Assembly: GCF_009914755.1 (NCBI RefSeq)
Contig: NC_060937.1
Source: the human T2T-CHM13v2.0 reference genome, Homo sapiens
DNA length: 64,000 nt
Direction: 5' to 3' (one strand)
The notes beneath the pieces are model-generated. The model had not been told where the DNA came from and did no database searches. It saw only the letters and a program-made list of their open reading frames with translations. A program made the translations under genes and the position numbers. Of the stretch, positions 47,398 through 64,000 are shown piece by piece. Position 1 is the stretch's first letter. The number at the start of each line of letters is the position of its first letter.

Positions 47398-47935
47398 TGT
47401 CTTAGGGTTCTCTAGAGGCACAGAACTAATAGGATAGATGTATATATGAAAGGGAATTTATTAGGGAATATTGACACACAATCACAAGGTGAAGTCCCAC
47501 AATAGGGTATCTGCAAGCTGAGGAGCAGGGAAGCCAGTCCAAGTCCCAAAACCTCAAAAGTAGGGAAGCCAGCAGTGCAGCCTTCAGTCTATGGCCAAAA
47601 GCCTGACAGCCCTTGGCAAACCACTGGTGTAAGTCCAAGAGTCCAAAAACTGAAGAACTTGGAATCTGATGTTCGAGGGCAGAAAGCATCCAGCACGGTA
47701 GAAAGATGAAGCCTAGAAGATTCAGCAAGTCAAGTTCTCCCAAGTTCTCTTGCCTGCTTTATTCTAGCAGCACTGGCAGCTGATTTGATGGTGCCCACCC
47801 AGACTGAGGGTGGTATCTTCAAATCCACTGACTCAAATGTTAATCTCCTTTGGCAACACCCTCACAGACAGGCCCAGGAACAATATTTTGCATCCCTCAG
47901 TCCAATCAAGTTGACACTCAGTATTAACCATCACA
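47398..47935 (-). mobile_element. MLT2A2-like solo LTR (HERV-L)
   Basis: AGGGTTCTCTAGAGGCACAGAACTAATAGGA...AGTATTAACCATCACA with 5-bp TSD GAAGG. Confidence 0.92.
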
Positions 47936-49384
47936 GAAGGATAGTTAGAAAATTCAAAAGAGAATGAAGAGATACAGGTTTCTAGGAGTCAAAAGAAGAG
48001 ATAATTTTGAAGAAAAATGTGCAATCAAGTGCATCAACTCTTCAGAGAAAGGTCAAAGCAGAGGCAACTATGGTATTGCATTTAGTAGATCTTGAGTGAC
48101 TTTCAAGAGATTGTAGATTAAAAAGAGAATGATGGGATAATATGTAGAGAAGAAAGACAGCTAAAATTGTTTGTTTTTGTTAGCATAAAAAGAAAATTAA
48201 GTGTGCTTGTGCGAAGAATGTAACATATTTAGTGAGGATTCAAAGGACATACCTCTCTATCCAGTCAAGAAATGAGATCTTAGTTTGAAAAAGGAGATGG
48301 AATACTTTTCATGTGAAGAAGGAATAAAGGAAGGAAGGAAGAAGGGAGGGAAAGACAGAGGAAGGATGAATGATGATACAACAGTGTTTGTGTGTGGTTT
48401 TAACTGATAGACAAGAGACATTTCCTAATGGCCTTGTTTAATGACTCTAAATGACCTTGTCCCTCCTTCATTGAGAAGCTGATTTGATTCTCCCTATGTG
48501 GTAAGGCACTATTTAAAAATTAGTTCAAACAACTCCAATAAACATGGATTTGTTAAAAAATAAAAATAAGATTTTAAAAAACAAAGAAATGTTGAGATGC
48601 AAACTTACCTAGGTTCAATGGAATGTTTTCAAAACTTTTAATAAAGTAGGAAGTGGAAGACAATTCTTATAATTTAAGATACAAGAGTGGCTTGGAAACT
48701 AAAAATATTGAAAATATTTGAAATATTTATTCTGTGAAATTCAACAGTCAGTTAGAATAAAGACCTATTCTGCTCTGTATTCAAGGTGAAACACTGCATA
48801 CTTTTCTCTCCAAAGTGAAATTGGGTATTTATAATTTCACTTGCCTTGATAAGTTTCCAAGTCACAGATTCCTGCTGATGTTTTTACTGTATTGCTGCAC
48901 AATTTTAAGATAATTTTTGTATCAATGTCAACTTTTTTCACTAACTAAAAATTTAGCTGGGTCAAGGAAATAAAAAATGAGTTAAAGAGTTGCCAAGAGG
49001 TATTGACACACTCACATGCATACATGTATATAAATGTACACATTCATTATACGTGTGTGTAACTTTGTGAGTGTATGTGTGTGAGTGTGTGGGGGGGGGC
49101 GGGGGAGTGGTGTATGAAGTGTCCTCACAAAGGAGGGACAATAGTAGTCATCCAGCCTAGTTGCAAGCAATAAAGGGATTCATCATTTGTAGAGAATTTT
49201 CAAACAGCAATAAGACCAAATAAAAGTAATTCTGCTTTTTGTTACCAAGTGGTACCTATTCTACACAAAACAGTAATAACATACTCCTCCTAGAAAAAAA
49301 AAATGTTAGTCTAATTTTCAAACATGATCTGTGGTTACAGTTACATTTTAGTGTGTACATATATATGTATATAAGCACATTGTA

Positions 49385-49580
49385 TTTTCTTATTTTGTAA
49401 CAGCTTTATAGAGATATAATTCACATAGCATACAATTCACCCATTTAAAGTGTATAATTCAATGATTTTTGGCATTTACTACATTATTATTTTTTTAAAA
49501 CTTTGTAGTAGAAACATATATAACATAAAATTTGTCATTTAACAATTTTAAGTGCACAATTTAGTGGCATTAATTAGATG
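49385..49580 (-). mobile_element. Two adjacent short L1MB-type 3' termini
   Basis: AACAGCTTTATAGAGATATAATTCACATAGCATACAATTCACCCATTTAAAGTG and AACATAAAATTTGTCATTTAACAATTTTTAAGTG. Confidence 0.7.
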
Positions 49581-49734
49581 ACTATCATTTCATCTCATTA
49601 TTTCAGTTACTTTTATAAATAAAGCTGCAAATCAATATCCTCATATATAATTTGTGCAAGTGTTTGCAAAGAATAGAAAGCTCTCACCTGGAAGGGCTAG
49701 TGATAAGGATGAAGAGTGATAAAGAGAAGAATGG

Positions 49735-54179
<4,445 letters not shown>

Positions 54180-55179
54180 GCAGGGGAGCTGAAAATCCTT
54201 GGCATTTCTCAATGAGGAATTCCAGAAAGATAAGAACATTACCAATCTTAGGGTAGGAAGATTCTCTAGTGCTAGAATAGAATGCCCAACTACCCTTACC
54301 ATCCACCTTATTCAAAACAAAGAAAATGACAATCTACTTACTTTGTTTTTTGTTTAAATTTTCTTTTCTTACCCTTTTTATGATTGCCCTAACAATAGCT
54401 ATCCAATGCTACATCAGTCAGAAAATTATTTGTATTTTTTTATTTTTAAACCCGATCTCCACTACAACGTATTTTAAATATGTTGGTTTTCTTTAACATT
54501 TCACAATAAATAACCCTCACATTTCTAACTTTTAATGAAAAATCAATGATATATAAAGGCTGTTATATTTTTAAAACATTTCTATTTTTGAATCTGTTGC
54601 TTTACATAATTTTGTTTAATCAACTGGCTTCTTCGAAAAGCACATGAACCCTAAGAAATAAAATGTGTATAGATTCTGAGACCACAAAACTCACAAGTGT
54701 TTTGTAATACCACAGTAGAGCTAACCCGTACGGTGCAACAACTCTCACTGAAGCACTTTGAGGTAGAGAGACCTTGATTCATTACTTTTAAAATGAGAAT
54801 ACTACTACAGAGAAATTGTATAAAGCTTTTCCATCTTGGTTTCTGATTAAAGGATCAAAATGTCAAAGCTAATAATAATGATGAATGTTAATTTACCCAT
54901 TAAATGTAAAACCTGTTTTTAAAAAATAATCATAAGACTCAACAAAAATTACCACTTTCCATAGAATTGATGATCACTTAATATATGAATTTATTCTCTG
55001 TTACTGTACCTTTGACTCCATCCCCATTAACCTGTTTCTTGATTTATTTCCTCATCTTTAACATAAGATTTGGTTACATAATCATTAGGATCCCTTCCAG
55101 CTCAATAATTCTATGACAGTGCTTCTTTCAGTCTGTATTTTCTCTGTATTTCTTATACAAATAGTTTACTTTCCTTTGA

Positions 55180-55345
55180 AGGTACAGAAAGAAAACAGGT
55201 TTGGAGATCAGAAAAACCTCACCTTAAATTATGTTCTGCCACACACTAAATACAAATCTTTAAATATGCTATTTATACTTTCTGAAATCAGCTCTTTCAT
55301 TCCTAAAAGGAAGATGAAAACAAAACTTACTTCTATTTTCAATGC
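55180..55345 (+). mobile_element. MIR fragment
   Basis: GAAAGAAAACAGGTTTGGAGATCAGAAAAACC...CAGCTCTTTCATTCCTAAAAGG. Confidence 0.55.
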
Positions 55346-55426
55346 CATGAAAATGCTTTGAATGTTCATTCAATATTTCAAATATATAGAGAGGGCATTT
55401 ACTAAGTACCAGGCATCAAATATAAG

Positions 55427-55485
55427 AGATGATAGATAGATATAGACAGATAGATCAATAGATAGATAAAAGATATTCAAGGGAT

Positions 55486-55536
<51 letters not shown>

Positions 55537-55606
55537 GATAGATGATAGATAGTAGAGATAATAGATATTTGATAGATGGATAGATACAGTTCATAGATAG
55601 ATGATA
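55427..55606. repeat. (GATA)n tetranucleotide STR with a perfect 12-unit core at 55486-55533
   Basis: Directly visible. Confidence 0.95.
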
Positions 55607-58600
55607 GAGCAGAGTCTAGAATATGGAATGCAAAGTATGAAATTCTTCCTTCTCCACTCTTCACTTTTCCCCCCAACCATGCTTAGTAACTTTCATTACT
55701 AATTCCCTATCCTAAGCAGTTTCGTATTTTTCAATAGCAACAAGTCATGTTGCTTTATGTATACCAGACTGAGCATGCTGAAAATGACGAGACACAGCAA
55801 TGCTAAGGAGGAAGCTTCTACCCCTTGGGAAACTGAGCATCATGAGGCCGAAGCATACTGGTTGTTTTTTGGGTATTTTTTTGTAGCTCAATCAAATTTC
55901 AGTAAGACATATAGTTTATAAATGTTTGTTTATGGATATTTGTTATGCAGCACAAGATGATATACACTCAGCAATTCACAATGGTGTAAAGGGCAGTTAC
56001 ACTTACTGCTGTGTTCATAATCGATACTAAATTGATACAGACAAATATAATGCTTTTTTCTGTTTCCAAGTTTGAACCAGCTATTGAATCATTTATACTT
56101 TTTCCTTGCTGGAAAATTAGATATTCTTCATATTGAGGATTTTTAGAATATTTGAGAAAGGAAAATTATTCAGTTTGCCATGTGTGATAACCTACACTGT
56201 AATTCAAGCAAATTTACTTCTCAGGATATAAAATTTCAAGGCATTCAGATAGGAATATTATCTCAGCTGTTTGTGGGATTTTCATATCTGTTTCTAATTT
56301 AATGTGTGTTTCGTACTAGAGATGAAGTATGATTCTCTTGCTGTTATTTTTAATCTTTACAAACTAAAGCCTCCCTTTCAAATCAGGCTGTTGCAATTTT
56401 TCCTTTCATAGCATTAAAAAGTTTCTAACTTATGGTCATACAGCATATTAAGCAAACAAAAATACCAAACACTCAAAATTGTAAGTCACGTGAATTTAAT
56501 TATGAACACATATTGACTGCTGTACGAAAACTCTAAATGTAGTTTTATGATTTGCAACAATTGTTCTAAGTAACACCAGTATTACAATACGTAATATCTT
56601 AGATTCCTCATATTTTTCTTTGTCTCCAAGAAAGAGTGCATGAAATTGATCACAAACTGGTAAACTAGAAAAATCTTCAGAAAATATTTCCACTTTTCTT
56701 AGCAATCTGTTTGAATAATTAGCAAGTCTTATGATCAGACTGATTTTTTTTTCATTTAATGAAACAAAAGTCACTCTTAGAGATTGCTACCCCTCTCCTG
56801 TGGTAAATGAGGATATTTAGATATTTTTGACAAATACGTAAGTGGGAAGGTGGCTGGCCTTATGGTTAATTTCACATACTCTGAAATGCCTGTTATCCAG
56901 AAAACATTCCTTTCATCCACTTAAAAATCTCAGATAAAGCTACTGTGTAACTTCAAACAGACACATATTAATATAAAATATTTATATGTTAAATTAGCAG
57001 ACTTCTTTATGTATTTATTCACTCTAAATTATTTAATGCCTGCATAATTTAGATATTGTTCTTTACTCATTACCATAATAACACATAATCACTGATTGGA
57101 TAAATAGGTCTCAATTTTTATAAAAAGATAGTAAGAAATGGTGCATGTGGCATCTGAAAATTTACATGGGAACAAGAGGAAAGCAGCAATGTCTGAAAAA
57201 TTATTTTAAAAGCACAAGACATTGAAAATAAAGTGTAAGTAAAATCAGTTGAAAAATGGGGAATGATAGGTGTAAATGGGTAAAAAGTTTCAGAGGAGTC
57301 TTTTCTGTGGGTTTCCATCTTACAATTGTGATTCTTTAGTCCTTTACCAATGCCTGGGTTTGACTGTTTGTGTTAATACTACCATGTCGTCAACCCTATC
57401 AAGGAAACCACCTTTTTCTCTCCCTTCACACACACTGCTTTTTGAATGTCTATCAGTCGCTTTTCTCCTTTCTCTTTAACATTTCACTATAGATAAATGT
57501 GCATCCAAATAATTTGTGCTGTCAAGGAAGAGGGAAGAACACAAAAATACAGATGAATCGGCTCTGATTCAAATTTTTCATTTCATTATATCATGTTGCT
57601 AGAATTTAAGAATATTCCTGTGAAGATATGTTAGCTAGTTCTCACCTTACTATCAATTCCAGTTTCAGAGAGATAGTAATAGCCCTAGATATTCATATCA
57701 TGACTAGATAACCACTTTTTATTTTTCCATCCACAGAAGGTAAATATCTCAAAACAATTTACTTTCATCCAAGTATTTGGTTTGCATGTTCAAAGCTCCC
57801 AAACTTCTGACACACACAGCCTTCTTGCAGAAGCTATGGCCATGTAAAATAACTATACATGACTGTAAAATAATAGTTTTCAATCACTGGTATTCATTAA
57901 AGAATTTACATTAATAAACTGCCTTCTGAGATCCCAAGATGGGCATAACATTACGGTGCATGCTACATGGCCTCTCCCCTTCTCGAGACTATGAAGGTCA
58001 TTTTACAAGAACCAAACACAAACCCTTCCTTTGGTCATTTTTGCTCAAGTCAAACCCTAACTACACTGCATTTAAGATGTTTATTTGTGAGATGAAGCAT
58101 GTCCCAGCAATTCATAAAACATGAAAGCTCTGCCCAAACAGTAAGTGTTGCATGTTGTGGTAAAAGCATTCTTAAATCATTCTGAGTGTTACTTTCCACT
58201 AACGAACCCTGTGAAAATTGGAATTACCAACATTCCAGGATCTTGCTCCTGCTTTATGAATGAAGATAACAGGTGGTTCAGAAAAGAAATAGATACAGCA
58301 AAGAATGCTGCAAAGCTAAGTTGTGAAGGTTCCTATGATTATCTAGAAGGCTCATTTCAATTTATAATAAAGGGAAGAGTCTTAAGCAATGAATGGTTTC
58401 TTCATTGATACAGAGTTCATTAAGAGGAGAATAAGGGATTAACTTTTGATATTCTCAGTTCCCAATAATAATACCTTAGGGTGTTGTTTGTTACCTTGAC
58501 GGAAAGTTAAATTCTGCAACCCTAAAATAATATCGTTACTATCCTTTTAACCCTTTTAAATTCCCTTAAATGATGACCTTCTTGCTTGTATATTGTTGTG

Positions 58601-58916
58601 TCAACAGATATTACAAACAAGAATATAAGACCATTTCAAAATTTACGAAATTCTCCCTAATTATTCTTGGTTTCTAGATGTTACTAAAAAAAGAAAAAAA
58701 AAAGAAAACTAGCTTTTTGGGGGTAACAAATTAGGTATAAAATGTATTTTATGTACATTCTATATAACAAAATATGTGTGTGTATGTGTGTGTGTAGTGT
58801 GTGTGTGTATAATATTGTTATGCAACCCATGACTATGTGAACACATGTGTGCTTGTTTATATTTATACAGTCTACCTACATATACCTATAGATATATATA
58901 CATATCTATATTTATA

Positions 58917-60049
58917 CAGACATTTTGGTCGACCACAGACTGCATATACGACTGGTTCCATGAGATTTTAATGGAGCTGAAAAATTCCTATTGCCTGGTG
59001 GCATCTTAGCTGTTGTAACATCTTAGCACAGCACATTACCCATGTGTTTGTGGCGATGCTGGTGTAAACAAGCCCACCCTACTGCCAGTCACATAAAAGT
59101 ATAGCACATACAATTATCTATAGTACATAATATTTGATAATAATAAATGACTATATTACTGATTTGAGTGCTTAATACACTATACTTTTTATTGTTATTT
59201 TAGAGTGTACTCCTTCAATTTTTTTTAAAGTTAATCCTTCAGGAGTTATTCCAGAAGAGGGCATTGTTATTATAAAAGGTGACAGCTTCCTGTATGTTCT
59301 TGCCCCTGAAGACCTTCCAGTGGGACAGGATGTAGAGATGGAAGGCAGTGATATTGATGATCCTGATTTTGTCTAGGTCTAGGCTAATGTGCATGTTTTA
59401 CATTTTTAAATGTTACTTATAAAAATTAGTTTTACATTTAAAAAATGTAAAACTAAAAAATATTAATAGAAAAAATTTCATTGAATAAGGATATAAAGGA
59501 AATATTTTGTACAACTATACAATGTGTTTTAAGCTTAGCATTGTTACAAAAGGGTCAAAAAGTTTAAAAACTTTAAACAGGTATAAAGTTAAAAAGTTAG
59601 AGTAAGCTATGGTTATTATTGAAGAAAAAATATTTTTATAAATTTAGTTTAGCCTAAGTTTATAGTATTTATGAAGTCTACAGTAGTGTACAATAATGTC
59701 CTAGGCTTTCACATTCATTCATTACTCATTCACCTATTCACCCAGAGCAATTACCAGTCCTGCAAATCTCCATTAATAATAAGTGCCCTACACAGGTGTA
59801 CCATTTTTTATTGTACCTTTACTATGTTGAGACATATTTAGATGCAAAAATACTTACCATTGCGTTACAATTGCCTACAGTATTCAATATAGTCACATGC
59901 TATGCAGTTTTGCAGGCTAGGAGCAATAGCCTAGGTAGGCTATAGTATCTAGGTTTGTGTAAGTATACTCATGACGTTCATACAACGATTAAATTGCCTA
60001 ATGACATATTTCTCAGAACCTATTCCCACCACTAAGCAATGCAGGACTA
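58917..60049 (+). mobile_element. Tigger3b-like DNA transposon, left TIR partly deleted
   Basis: ACATTTTGGTCGACCACAGACTGCATATACG...GCCCCTGAAGACCTTCCAGTGGGAC...TAAGCAATGCAGGACTA. The right part is the reverse complement of the 4479 element. Confidence 0.85.
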
Positions 60050-60054
60050 TGTCT

Positions 60055-60454
60055 TTTTTTTTGTATGTGTATTTATTTATTTGTTGTTTATATATTTATT
60101 ATACTTTAAGTTCTAGGGTACATGTGCACAACGTGATCATGCTGCTATAAAGACACATGCACACGTACGTTTATTGCTGCACTACTCACAACAGCAAAGA
60201 CTTGGAACCAACCCAAATGTCCAACAATGATAGACTGGATTAAGAAAATGTGGCACATACACACCATGGAATACTATGCTGAGAATGATGGTTTCCAGCT
60301 TCATCCATGTTCCTACAAAGGACATGAACTCATCATTTTTTATGGCTGCAAACTATCGCAAGGACAAAAAAACAAACACCGCATGTTCTCACTCATAGGT
60401 GGGAATTGAACAATGGGAACACTTGGACACAGGAAGGGGAACATCACACACCAG
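60055..60454 (-). mobile_element. Short L1PA4/5-like insertion with two inversions
   Basis: Four alternating-orientation L1 3' segments. TSD ACTAT(G/A)TCT(T/A)TTT (60046-60058 / 60456-60468). Confidence 0.9.
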
Positions 60455-61273
60455 TACTATATCTATTTAAAATACCTGTAAACCACTTTCAAAATTAATA
60501 GCTTTTAACATATATATCCTTCTTTAAGTATTGCTATGAACATTGCAAAGTTTCACAGAACTGACAAAATGAATGCAGTTCAAAAGCTTTCATGTCCACG
60601 TGACAAATGGCATGCAGCATTTTTACTGAGGTATTTGGAACCTGAAGCTAATGATTAATCCTGCAAAGAATTTCTTGGAATGTAGGCTGGAATAGTCTAA
60701 ATTTTGGACCCATTCCCCCAAATTTTAATTACCTTAGGAAAATGGAAAAGGAAATGCTGTCATTTGTTTGTTTAACTTGGCTAGAATTTTTTTGTAATCA
60801 CTTTCCTCAATAAGTTATTATTTTTTAAGCAAATACAAATGATATGCTTTTAGAGCCAACCCAAAAGTAGCACTCAATAGAGGAACATACTTTTGAATTT
60901 ATTTTAATCAGTGGATAAATGTTTTATAAAAATCATGCTGATTTGAACTCTGTATCAATAGCATACCACTGACTATTACACCCTATCTACAGATCTCAAA
61001 GCATAAATTCACCAACCTCAAAAGACAGGGCCTACTTTCTTGCCTCAAGATATCAGACTAGCACAGGGGATTCTGTAAAATTTTAATTTTGTAAATTTTC
61101 CATGTTGGAAATTCCATAAACTCTCTTGGGAGCCTAATTCCCTTTGCAACTCAGTTCTGTCTTTTGTATGACATCTACTTCTCATACTGGAGAATTACTA
61201 TAGAAATCTCTTGCTCTAGTCTCCTCGAAATAATTATTTATCACCTAAGGTCTTGTATTAACAGCTTCATCTT

Positions 61274-61309
61274 CACTAATTTTATATATCCCACTAATTT
61301 TATATATCC
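61274..61309. repeat. Perfect 18-bp tandem duplication
   Basis: CACTAATTTTATATATCC twice. Confidence 0.9.
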
Positions 61310-62003
61310 CTAAACTTGTAACTTTTTCTCAGAGGTTTTATTTTCCATTCTTTTGATTATGTTCACTTACTTTCATCTGAAAAGAGTGCCGATTCTCTAA
61401 TTTGTATTTTAAAAGGCTAATATCTACATGTCTCAAATTGATAAGCGGATGTTGGGTATTATATGGCACAAGCTAAATCATGTATTGTTTCTCTTTACAA
61501 TGATTTGCTTAGAATCATGGAGACATCACACTTCACTTCTCCCCCAGAAAGTAACCTATTTTTCTCAGAATTATGTAACCTAGATCAGTACAAGGCAGCT
61601 CAAAGAATTTTCTGAATGGAATGCCAGAGTTGAGTTTTAAAGAGAAAATTAAGTTATGGTGTAGATGACTGGCGTAAAACTCAGATTCTCCTAACTGAGA
61701 AGTAAACTATTGGTGGGCACAAAGATTTTCTCTAATCCACAGGGATTCTTCGCAGCAATCAGCTAGTAGTATGTAGATTACTTATATGAAGCATCCTACA
61801 GAATATTTATGGTAAAACAAAATATTGTCCTGTAATATTTAGTGCTAAGGCAGACCTCTTCTAGAGCCCTTGGATGAAGAAATTTGCATTTATTCTATTA
61901 AGAGGCAGCAAGCACCGTGGTAATAAACAGGCTTCAGCATCAGTATGTCTGGGTTTGGGAAAGAACTCTTTCATTTATTGGTTGTGAGTAAAAAGACATC
62001 TTA

Positions 62004-64000
<1,997 letters not shown>

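Noticed and set aside
54200-58750. Short ORFs in unique AT-rich DNA (e.g. 56496-56774, 58145-58408)
   Set aside because: No recognisable domains, no consistent splice-site pairs, and lengths expected by chance.

Overview
AT-rich primate DNA, hominid-like (human or great ape) given an L1PA2-type element and AluJ/AluS copies. It is dominated by transposable-element relics. I recognise no cellular protein-coding exon, RNA gene or host gene, so the window is probably intergenic or deep intronic. Nearly all long ORFs in the track are LINE-1 ORF1/ORF2 pieces or their antisense shadows, or Alu, LTR and Tigger1 relics. Main content: a minus-strand L1PA fragment (1-1582); a full-length but frameshifted L1PA2-like element with TSDs (10140-16152); an old 5'-intact L1M (about 16430-22497); a truncated L1PA6-like element (49735-54179); about 14 Alu/FLAM/FAM copies; five solo LTRs; several DNA transposons; L2/MIR relics; and simple repeats. 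I do not see a new biological system. The best leads are mechanistic scars: apparent gene conversion between two inverted L1s, an L1 with a twin-priming inversion plus a nested inversion, a 607-bp inversion inside the L1M, and a hairpin-forming minisatellite that looks born by fold-back synthesis. Subfamily names come from recalled consensus sequences, not a RepeatMasker run.
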